Shown here in pieces: positions 57,258 to 64,000 of a stretch of 64,000 nucleotides of DNA. Positions within the stretch are counted from its first letter, which is position 1, and each line of letters opens with the position of its first letter. The stretch lies in the IMG/VR virus record IMGVR_UViG_3300041405_000400. The stretch is one strand, 5' to 3'. The translations under genes and the position numbers were made by a program. A model generated the notes under the pieces. It was not told the origin of the DNA. It saw only the letters and a list, made by a program, of their open reading frames with translations, and searched no databases. The stretch comes from an uncultured virus (IMG/VR IMGVR_UViG_3300041405_000400). Taxonomy: Duplodnaviria; Heunggongvirae; Uroviricota; Caudoviricetes.

Positions 57258-57678
57258 AACTGGCCCACGCAGGTTGAATCGCGATGATGGTGTAGTGGCA
57301 ACTCAAGGCGTCACCGATGGAGTGTGAAAATGCGCGCCATCCTTTACGGTTGGAGCCATCGTGATCAGGCTCATCGCCGTAATCGGTTTCTTTCAACCAG
57401 ATTGTCGCCAGTTGTGCTGCGCCAAAAGGATTGATGTCTCGGCCAAGTGGTTCTGAATGCCGGTCTTCATGCCAGAGAAAGATCATGGTAGGCACGCCAT
57501 CGGCGTCCTCAATCAACCGTGTCATGTGATCGTTGGTGGGAATACCGAAGTGTCGGGTCTTCTCCTTGAGCTTGGCATAACGAACGTGAGCCGCTTTGCC
57601 GCCCGTCATGGCCAAGCGGATGACCAATTCAAGTTCTTGGTCGCCGATTGAGGTTACATCGATAGAAAGGTTATCCAA
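57247..57678 (-). CDS. phage-type hypothetical protein
   Basis: EPDHDGSNRKGWRAF..IQPAWASYGK block. Confidence 0.72.
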   Translation of the reverse strand: MDNLSIDVTSIGDQELELVIRLAMTGGKAAHVRYAKLKEKTRHFGIPTNDHMTRLIEDADGVPTMIFLWHEDRHSEPLGRDINPFGAAQLATIWLKETDYGDEPDHDGSNRKGWRAFSHSIGDALSCHYTIIAIQPAWASYGK

Positions 57679-57707
57679 TGGAGCTACCTGTTCAATGTGA
57701 AGAAAAT

Positions 57708-57736
57708 AAAAAAAGACCCGTCAGTGCGGGTCTTTT
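57708..57736 (-). terminator. terminator of ncRNA-4
   Basis: Minus strand AAAAGACCCG-CACTGA-CGGGTCTTTT-TTT. Confidence 0.85.
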
Positions 57737-58260
57737 GGTCGAAGCCTTCCCGCCAGCTTCGTATTTTATCTAACATTCAGTCCTTCAGGCGTCTTAGCGG
57801 CTACGCCACCATTGGATCGGCTGTCGTTCTGGTGTCGCGGGTAACTCTGTTCGCGCATAGAGGCTTTGCCGACTCCGGCTCCGCCTTTGGGTATCGCTAC
57901 TTGAAGCTGATTAGTGCCTCCGACAACCAAGATTCCGGTCTCTCAGTTGTTTTCGAGCTTCGAATTCCACAGGAACATGTGGATTTAATTCGACTGGGGC
58001 GTGACACGCAACAGGTCAAAACCTGCTGGATCATCTCTCTGCTATCCTGCGCACCTTCGACTCACAGGAGTGGTAGTCCCTCTGACCGCATTTGCCAGAG
58101 CCTATCTGCTAAACACATGGAATCATCCAGGTGTTGCTGGTCTGCTAGGTCAGCACAGCGTTGACCTCATTACCACTCCCAGCCGTCGCCATGGAGTTTA
58201 CGACCCTTGGCAGGGATTGACGGCAAAACATCCAGCCATCAACCATCTGTTTCCTGCTTG
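57708..58260 (-). ncRNA. large structured ncRNA-4 (~550 nt), family unknown
   Basis: Own promoter and terminator; no minus-strand ORF of 60 aa or more; many nested helices whose G-U pairs favour the minus strand. Confidence 0.72.
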
Positions 58261-58266
58261 GATTAC

Positions 58267-58295
58267 AATATATCGCTCAGAACATCGCCTGTCAA
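58267..58295 (-). promoter_or_regulatory. sigma70 promoter of ncRNA-4
   Basis: TTGACA-N17-TATATT. Confidence 0.8.
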
Positions 58296-58383
58296 TGTTT
58301 ATGTTTTATTATTTATAAAAATCTGCGATTACGTTGCATCGCGAATAGCGTCTGGTCTTTAACCATGGCGACTGCTTGAACGC

Positions 58384-58737
58384 TTATTTCTTTTCAGGAT
58401 CGCAGAAGCTGGCAACTTCAATGTCATAATCGCCAGTTTTTTCATTTTTGACGATGGATTTCAGATACTGCTGACAATACACAGGTCTGTCGTTCTGGGT
58501 GGAACGGATCTTATACAGCTTCAGACGTTTTCCGGCCACGTCTCCCTCAATAAAAGAGACGTTATTCAGTGCGGGAGCGCTGTTAATTTCTAGCCCTGGG
58601 GTGGCGGGTGCCAATGCAGGTGTTGCTGCTTGAACTTCAGGTGCCTGTCGGTTCTGATGAGCACAGCCGGATAATGTGAGCACCAAAAACGCGGCACTTA
58701 GGATTGTGATTGATTTTGAACTGCGTAAATTTAACAT
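58384..58737 (-). CDS. lipoprotein
   Basis: Lipobox TLSGC; GAGGA RBS. Confidence 0.78.
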   Translation of the reverse strand: MLNLRSSKSITILSAAFLVLTLSGCAHQNRQAPEVQAATPALAPATPGLEINSAPALNNVSFIEGDVAGKRLKLYKIRSTQNDRPVYCQQYLKSIVKNEKTGDYDIEVASFCDPEKK

Positions 58738-58761
58738 CTTTATTCCTCTAAGTTATTTGTA

Positions 58762-59358
58762 CTACATTCCGCTAATTACGAAAAGTGGATCGAAAAATAC
58801 CGTTCTGATTTTGTAATCGATGTGTTCGTCATACAAATGTCCCAAATAGATCGGGCTGATTTGATTGATGACCGTATGCAACTGCTTGATGTGCTCAAGG
58901 CCATTATTTTTTACATCGTCTGGCAATTCCCAGGCAGTCGCGATCTTGATGAACGCTGCTTCTGTTTGGGTTTGATCGCAAAAAAGAGGAATGCCATGAG
59001 TTGACTCAACTATTTGTTTGTTGAGCCAGCTGAAAATATCGGATTGTGATTCCGTGTCAGTATTCGTGGGCTTGGGGTGCTGATACTGAAGCCAGAAGGT
59101 TGAAATCAGGCTACCGTTGTCGATATGCATATCTAGACACAGACTGTATCGCGTATCAAAAAGCGTGATCCCATCACCATCAAAGCGATCAAGATTTTTA
59201 CTTTCGCCCAAAAACATATCCAAGGTGAAATAGCTGCAACTATCTTCATCCAAATCGGTGGAACTGGTGCCTTTCAGTGAATCAAAAAGCGCTTGATGAT
59301 CATTGATGAGCATTCGAAGATATTGATGTGCAGACATTCTGGACTTCATGTGACCCAC
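58762..59358 (-). CDS. hypothetical protein
   Basis: 198-aa ORF. Confidence 0.65.
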   Translation of the reverse strand: MGHMKSRMSAHQYLRMLINDHQALFDSLKGTSSTDLDEDSCSYFTLDMFLGESKNLDRFDGDGITLFDTRYSLCLDMHIDNGSLISTFWLQYQHPKPTNTDTESQSDIFSWLNKQIVESTHGIPLFCDQTQTEAAFIKIATAWELPDDVKNNGLEHIKQLHTVINQISPIYLGHLYDEHIDYKIRTVFFDPLFVISGM

Positions 59359-59384
59359 CTTGGGTTTTGGTATTTTCGTGGTTA

Positions 59385-59411
59385 CAAAAAAGCCCCATTA
59401 CGGGGCTTTTG
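59385..59411 (-). terminator. intrinsic terminator
   Basis: CAAAAAAGCCCC-ATTAC-GGGGCTTTTG. Confidence 0.8.
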
Positions 59412-59468
59412 GGACGAGCGGCATGTTGTCATGGTGTAGCAGACAGATGCTCGTTCAGCACTGTGTGA

Positions 59469-59768
59469 TCAGGCAGCACTCGACTGGGAGTTTTGAGCAA
59501 AGATTTCACGAACACGACCCACGATGGCCTGAGTGAAATGCTTCAGCGGCTGATCCTTGTAGGCATCTGCCAGCGGCATGCCATCGGCTTCCAGGCCCAG
59601 CGAGACGGACAGGCCGGTGTAGAACTTGCGTTCCTTCTCTTCGGACATGCCGTAGGTGGCTTGCCAGTATTGACGGCCAGCCATGATGTCTTCGACGATG
59701 GTGACTTCTTTTGCTGAGGCGTTGCGGTAAAATTCACTGGCGCGTTGTTTGTCGGCAGCAGATTTCAT
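59469..59768 (-). CDS. hypothetical protein
   Basis: AAGGGA RBS; promoter TTGACA-N17-TATACT at 59894-59922 with a ~120-nt leader. Confidence 0.75.
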   Translation of the reverse strand: MKSAADKQRASEFYRNASAKEVTIVEDIMAGRQYWQATYGMSEEKERKFYTGLSVSLGLEADGMPLADAYKDQPLKHFTQAIVGRVREIFAQNSQSSAA

Positions 59769-59949
59769 GTAGTGTTCCCTTGAGCGGATTCTGTAATGGT
59801 AGCGTCAGGATATTCTGACGCATGATTGGGTAATTCGTTGTCTTCCGATGTCAGCGGGATGGCTCTATCTGCCTTCTCGCCTTTCGTGTTTCTAGTATAT
59901 TAATACCAGGCCACACTGTCAACAGCATATTTCCTATTATTCGATATTA

Positions 59950-60732
59950 TTATTCGACCTCGCCGATCAGTTGTTCGAACGTGTAGAGGATGGCATCTTC
60001 GTTCCGGTACAGGCCGTGATCGATGTAACGGTTATTGGCTACACGAAATGGCCCACCGTCTTGCTGCGGGACAATTGAATGGCCACACACAAGGTACGGA
60101 ATGCCGTCTGTAATGTAAGCATGCGATTCAGCATCCTTATTCAGCTCGGCGGCTTTGATTTTTGTGCGGCCCCATAGGCACTGGTGCAGCAGGTCGCTGT
60201 TTTGAGTGCTTAGAGATGATACAAAGTCCCATGGCAGTTCTTGCAGCATCACTGCCAACTCCGTCCAACTGGAGCCCATAGGCACCTCGCCATGAATGAG
60301 GCCGAGCAGTGGTGTCCCGTCATGATCCTGGTATTCGATGGCAATTGGAAGATACTTGATCGTTTCGATGAAGTCTTCAAGCACTGCTCGTTTCTGATTC
60401 TCGATCCACTCTCCCCCATTGTTGTAGGAGATCCTGGAGTCTTTATCTTCACGGGAGTAATCGTGCATCAACACCTGACGGGCTGCGTGGGAGGTTACGC
60501 AGTCGTGATTACCCTGAACCGCAAGAGCCCACCCCTCCTTAAGCAAGTCCGCGATACGATGGCTCTCTGGGCCTCTATCGCATAAATCCCCTGCCAAAAA
60601 CAGCCGGTCTTTGGATTTATCAAAACCAACACGTTCGAGTGCTTCTTCAATTTTAGTGATACACCCATGCGCATCACCTGACCAGTAATCAGTCCCTTTG
60701 GTGTTGCGTTTCACTTCCATGAATTTCGTCAT
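59950..60732 (-). CDS. metallophosphoesterase, PphA/lambda-type (paralogue of 14425..15207)
   Basis: GDAHG, GDLCDRGPES, GNHD, HG, GHS. Confidence 0.92.
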   Translation of the reverse strand: MTKFMEVKRNTKGTDYWSGDAHGCITKIEEALERVGFDKSKDRLFLAGDLCDRGPESHRIADLLKEGWALAVQGNHDCVTSHAARQVLMHDYSREDKDSRISYNNGGEWIENQKRAVLEDFIETIKYLPIAIEYQDHDGTPLLGLIHGEVPMGSSWTELAVMLQELPWDFVSSLSTQNSDLLHQCLWGRTKIKAAELNKDAESHAYITDGIPYLVCGHSIVPQQDGGPFRVANNRYIDHGLYRNEDAILYTFEQLIGEVE

Positions 60733-60747
60733 TAATTTAAACCCTGA

Positions 60748-61290
60748 TTATTGCTCGCCGGTAAATTGTACGGCACCCCAGCAGAAGGTCAATGCCAAAG
60801 CAAAGGCGCAGGATTGTAGTAGCCATGCGCAGCCAGACACTAGCACTTGCTGGCGTCTCAACCGGCGCATTTCATCCTTCGTGGCCTGAATGATCTTGCT
60901 GGAAAAGCGATTTCCCCGATTACAGAGGACACGGCACGAGTCCTCTACTTCGCAGCGTTGCACCTTGGCCATGACAGCGTACAAGCCTGAAAGGCCAACG
61001 ACTCGATAGTAGGTTCGAGGGCCAACCTTGGCGGACAGCGTGTCTTTAATGCTCAGCAGGTTTCCACCAGCCATCCTTGTCATTGATGCCGCCACTTCTT
61101 GTGCTTGTGAGGCTGTCCGATACCACGAGGTTTCAATTGGTTCGTCGATGGTCAGCTTCTCGCCTTGGGTCAGTACAAATGGCCCGTCTGAAATCATGAA
61201 GTGCTTACCGACGATGCGAGCATCGTCAAATTCATCCAGCGGGGGCTGCTCTGCCTGGGTTACTGCTTGTACTGCGTTGAGGGTCATCAA
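60748..61290 (-). CDS. C-terminally anchored membrane protein
   Basis: C-terminal hydrophobic helix. Confidence 0.65.
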   Translation of the reverse strand: MMTLNAVQAVTQAEQPPLDEFDDARIVGKHFMISDGPFVLTQGEKLTIDEPIETSWYRTASQAQEVAASMTRMAGGNLLSIKDTLSAKVGPRTYYRVVGLSGLYAVMAKVQRCEVEDSCRVLCNRGNRFSSKIIQATKDEMRRLRRQQVLVSGCAWLLQSCAFALALTFCWGAVQFTGEQ

Positions 61291-61300
61291 AAAACCATGG

Positions 61301-61798
61301 TTAAATGTAATTGAATGTTTTTAGTGCGTAGACGGCGGAAGCGATTGGAACAAGCAGCACGCACGCCTCGATCAAACGAAAGCCAAAGACCTGCGATTTT
61401 TGTACGTCAACAATTTGCTTCATGAGTGAAGGTGTCCACTCAAGCAAATTTCTTTTGTGCTCTTCCAGGTACTCGCTCGCTTCACGGGCTTGGGCCTCAG
61501 TCCCCGTGCGCTGTGTAGAGCAGATCGAGATGGTGGCGCTGGCGCGATAATAGTGCCAGAAAAAAAGCACTACTTTTGTGTTCAATGTATGATCGCTAAA
61601 GGCGTTGGCGCGATACCTTTTGCCTGTTTCGAATACATATTCCCAGGCACCGAAAAGGTTGCGGCGCCACGGAGACTGAAGCACGGTGCTGCATTCGATT
61701 CTCTGCCCCTCCGGCACCACCAGAGGGTCTTCATGCGTGACGAGACGTGCTTCGCTCTTTTTCCAAAATACAACTGTATCGGGCGCGCTTTGCGTCAT
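61301..61798 (-). CDS. C-terminally anchored membrane protein
   Basis: C-terminal hydrophobic helix. Confidence 0.65.
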   Translation of the reverse strand: MTQSAPDTVVFWKKSEARLVTHEDPLVVPEGQRIECSTVLQSPWRRNLFGAWEYVFETGKRYRANAFSDHTLNTKVVLFFWHYYRASATISICSTQRTGTEAQAREASEYLEEHKRNLLEWTPSLMKQIVDVQKSQVFGFRLIEACVLLVPIASAVYALKTFNYI

Positions 61799-61825
61799 AG
61801 TGAAAAATCCAGGCTGGGCGGCTGA

Positions 61826-62032
61826 TTAAGGTTCGTACTTTTGGGTAAAGTCGTTGTTGTCCAGCGCCCATTGAGCGGCTTCGCGGGTTTGGTAGTATTC
61901 TTCCGATTCGCGAGAGCATGGCCCTGAATCATCAAAGGTGCCGATGTAAAAGCCAGCCCCGCTTTCGAGGACTTTGAGCGGTAGCCGCTGTTTCAGGAAT
62001 TCGTAAGCCAGTTTGCCATGAGGAACGTGCAT
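61826..62032 (-). CDS. small conserved plasmid/ICE-type protein
   Basis: LPLKVLESGAGFYIGT..GPCSRESEEYY; GAGGTG RBS. Confidence 0.8.
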   Translation of the reverse strand: MHVPHGKLAYEFLKQRLPLKVLESGAGFYIGTFDDSGPCSRESEEYYQTREAAQWALDNNDFTQKYEP

Positions 62033-62062
62033 GTCGTAAACACCTCAATAATTTATATAGAT

Positions 62063-62101
62063 ATTATACCAAGAAACGCCATCTATGTCAATTGTGCTGA
62101 C
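62063..62101 (-). promoter_or_regulatory. sigma70 promoter with palindrome
   Basis: TTGACA-N17-TATAAT; GTCAATTGTGCTGAC at 62087-62101. Confidence 0.88.
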
Positions 62102-62144
62102 TTGAGTGGCGCTATTTAATGTGCCTTTGTGGCAAACTTGGCGA

Positions 62145-62708
62145 CTACAGCAGGCCTCGGAAGGTCAGGCTGATTCGTGGGCCGCACACAGCAGAGTGCT
62201 TTGGAATGCGGTGCAGATCCAGGTGCTGCATGCCAGCGGGCATTTCCAACAAGCTGCCGGAGGCCAGACTGATCTTCACCACTTCAGCCGCTTCACCTTC
62301 GGGCACACGAGGTGGCCTTGGCTTGAACCACAATTCGCGGACGGCGCCAAAGCTGTACACCAGGATCGGGCGCGAGTGGTCGATGCTTGGGCTATCATCG
62401 GCGTGCCAGCCCAAGTGGTTATGCTGGTTTTCGTACCCATTGATGAACAGCGCTTCAAACTTGCAGCCGTACTGCGCCTCAGCTTGAGCCTGAATGCCTT
62501 TGCAGATCTCATCCCACACCGGATTGGGGGTATACGTCCGTGCGTATGCGCCTTCACCATAGGTATACGGCTCACCCTTGTCGCTGAAGAAGACTTCTTT
62601 GCGCGGTGCTTCGCGCTGTTCCCATGGTAGATTTTTCCACAGGTGATCGAAGATCTCGGCGGCATTGGCAATCGCGTTGGGGGTGTAGATCGGCATCGTG
62701 GGCTTCAT
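62145..62708 (-). CDS. AlkB-family 2OG-Fe(II) dioxygenase
   Basis: NGY..LGWHADD, SFGAVR, GSLLEM..Q..LHRIPK, RISLTFR; start MKPTM lies downstream of the promoter. Confidence 0.92.
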   Translation of the reverse strand: MKPTMPIYTPNAIANAAEIFDHLWKNLPWEQREAPRKEVFFSDKGEPYTYGEGAYARTYTPNPVWDEICKGIQAQAEAQYGCKFEALFINGYENQHNHLGWHADDSPSIDHSRPILVYSFGAVRELWFKPRPPRVPEGEAAEVVKISLASGSLLEMPAGMQHLDLHRIPKHSAVCGPRISLTFRGLL

Positions 62709-62760
62709 GTGTTCATTCCGTTTCTCGTGAGATTCCGTTTGTTGGAGTATCTGAGCGAGG

Positions 62761-62799
62761 ATTATAGCAAGCCTGCGACATTCGGTCAATGTCATTTAC
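62761..62799 (-). promoter_or_regulatory. sigma70 promoter with near-palindrome
   Basis: TTGACC-N17-TATAAT; GTCAATGTCATTTAC. Confidence 0.8.
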
Positions 62800-63161
62800 A
62801 CTTCAATATTTTGTATTGGTGTACTCGCTGCTGGTCGAAATCATCAGTTCAGAATTGTGCCTTGACTGTCGCGCCAGCGCACCCAGCAGCACCGCTTGAT
62901 ACGTAGATCATAGCGAGATCACACGATTAAGTAGCTCTTCAGTGACTTGGCTGTCTCGGTTCAATTTTCTCTCTCGTTTATCGACTTCCAACATACGTCG
63001 ATCACGCTCTTCTTGACGTGCTGCACGCTCTTCAGGCGTAAGCTTCGCCCGAGCCTGCTCGATAAGATCTTCCAGTGTCATGCTTCTCTCCCCCAGGCAT
63101 TGGTTATTGTGTACCGATAATACAAAACGCCCACCATGAAGCTCGGCGCGTTAAAACTACA

Positions 63162-63377
63162 TCAAATGGTGCAGACTTTTCTCAGCAGCTCTGCCGTAGG
63201 CTGTTTAGCGGCAATCCGTTTCTCGCATTCGATGCTCCATTGGCGAATGCGTGCATAACTTTCTTCACGGTTTTTTTCATTACGCAGAGTGATTTCGGCT
63301 GTTTCTTCCGGAGAAAGTTCACCGGCTTCGTACTTCTGCATTTTAATGGACAGATCGATCAGTGCTTTAAGGGACAT
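63162..63377 (-). CDS. small helical hypothetical protein
   Basis: AGGTG RBS; TATAAT upstream. Confidence 0.65.
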   Translation of the reverse strand: MSLKALIDLSIKMQKYEAGELSPEETAEITLRNEKNREESYARIRQWSIECEKRIAAKQPTAELLRKVCTI

Positions 63378-63498
63378 GCTTCACCTATTAGTAGATGATC
63401 ATTATACCGCTGATTGAGTGCTATTTGACAACAATAGACCTGTTCCTGCTGTTGCAAGGAAAAGTCTATGGCGCCACGCAGGGCGCCATATCGAGGGA

Positions 63499-63954
63499 TC
63501 AATGCTGGGCTTTTAGATGGCCAGCCTTAACGATCTGGGTTTGCGCACCCTGTATGGCTGCGTTAAGCTTTGCAGCTTGTTCCAGCTCGATTGCGGATTG
63601 CGCTTTGAATGCCTCCACGACAAGCTTACATCCCTCTTCCATGTCCTCTTCGAGGCATTGAAGCATGTATTCTGACGGCAGATAATTGCCAATCAGGACT
63701 GGCTTTAGCAATGCGTCGAATTTTACCCGCACACCTGTGGTTTTTTCGTAGTGATCGGCTGCCTTTTTTGCCTTCATTGGGGAGACTTTAACTTGAATGT
63801 ACGTCGCATTGCTCTCCTGATCCTGTTGTAGGCCAACGCGAATATGCAGCAAGGTGTAGTCAAAACCTTTGGTCTTAAGATAGCCGGTCTCAACAACCAC
63901 GCGGGCGAGATGTAGCTGTTCGGGAGTCGCCACAAGGCGCTTCGAATCAACCAT
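63499..63954 (-). CDS. hypothetical protein
   Basis: GGAG RBS; 151 aa. Confidence 0.72.
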   Translation of the reverse strand: MVDSKRLVATPEQLHLARVVVETGYLKTKGFDYTLLHIRVGLQQDQESNATYIQVKVSPMKAKKAADHYEKTTGVRVKFDALLKPVLIGNYLPSEYMLQCLEEDMEEGCKLVVEAFKAQSAIELEQAAKLNAAIQGAQTQIVKAGHLKAQH

Positions 63955-64000
63955 TCCGTTTCTCCAGCCGTGATAATAGCTGCGGCTACGGTCGCTCCCA

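Noticed and set aside
57697..58318. Plus-strand ORFs of 155 and 105 aa
   Set aside because: No convincing RBS or promoter. The promoter, terminator and G-U pairs all point to a minus-strand RNA.
59769..59890. Long leader with a GCGUCAG/CUGACGC hairpin as a riboswitch
   Set aside because: A single hairpin with no recognisable aptamer or expression platform.
7184..62799. Palindromic sites as CRISPR repeats, attC sites or IS ends
   Set aside because: Only 15 bp long, irregular kilobase spacing, always tied to a -10 box 16-18 nt away; no cas, integrase or transposase gene in the window.

Overview
This 64 kb window looks like the accessory region of a very large Pseudomonas-type mobile replicon. 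A megaplasmid is most likely, but a jumbo phage cannot be excluded. It is densely packed with small, mostly minus-strand hypothetical genes. Recognisable auxiliary genes: ssb, Hsp20/ibpA, Lar-like, HAM1/ITPase, two PphA-type phosphatases, DUF2388, two membrane-anchored Mrr nucleases, MvaT, Stealth, GNAT, Orn, Thg1, ChaA, two Pol-beta-type nucleotidyltransferases, an AAA_21 ATPase and AlkB. I saw no tRNA, rRNA, CRISPR array, IS element, or replication/virion gene. Two features lie outside the ORF track. (1) More than 20 near-consensus sigma70 promoters head the minus-strand gene cassettes. In 16 of them the -35 box is one half of a fixed-spacing palindrome, GTCA-N7-TGAC, which implies one element-wide regulon. 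(2) Several promoter-to-terminator transcription units lack a credible ORF and are rich in helices. These are a tandem paralogous pair next to orn (~220 and ~380 nt, sharing three sequence blocks and compensatory stems), a ~550-nt RNA at 57.7-58.3 kb, and a ~190-nt RNA at 50.3-50.5 kb. I could not match any of them to an RNA family I know. All helices were found by eye; no folding or database search was run.
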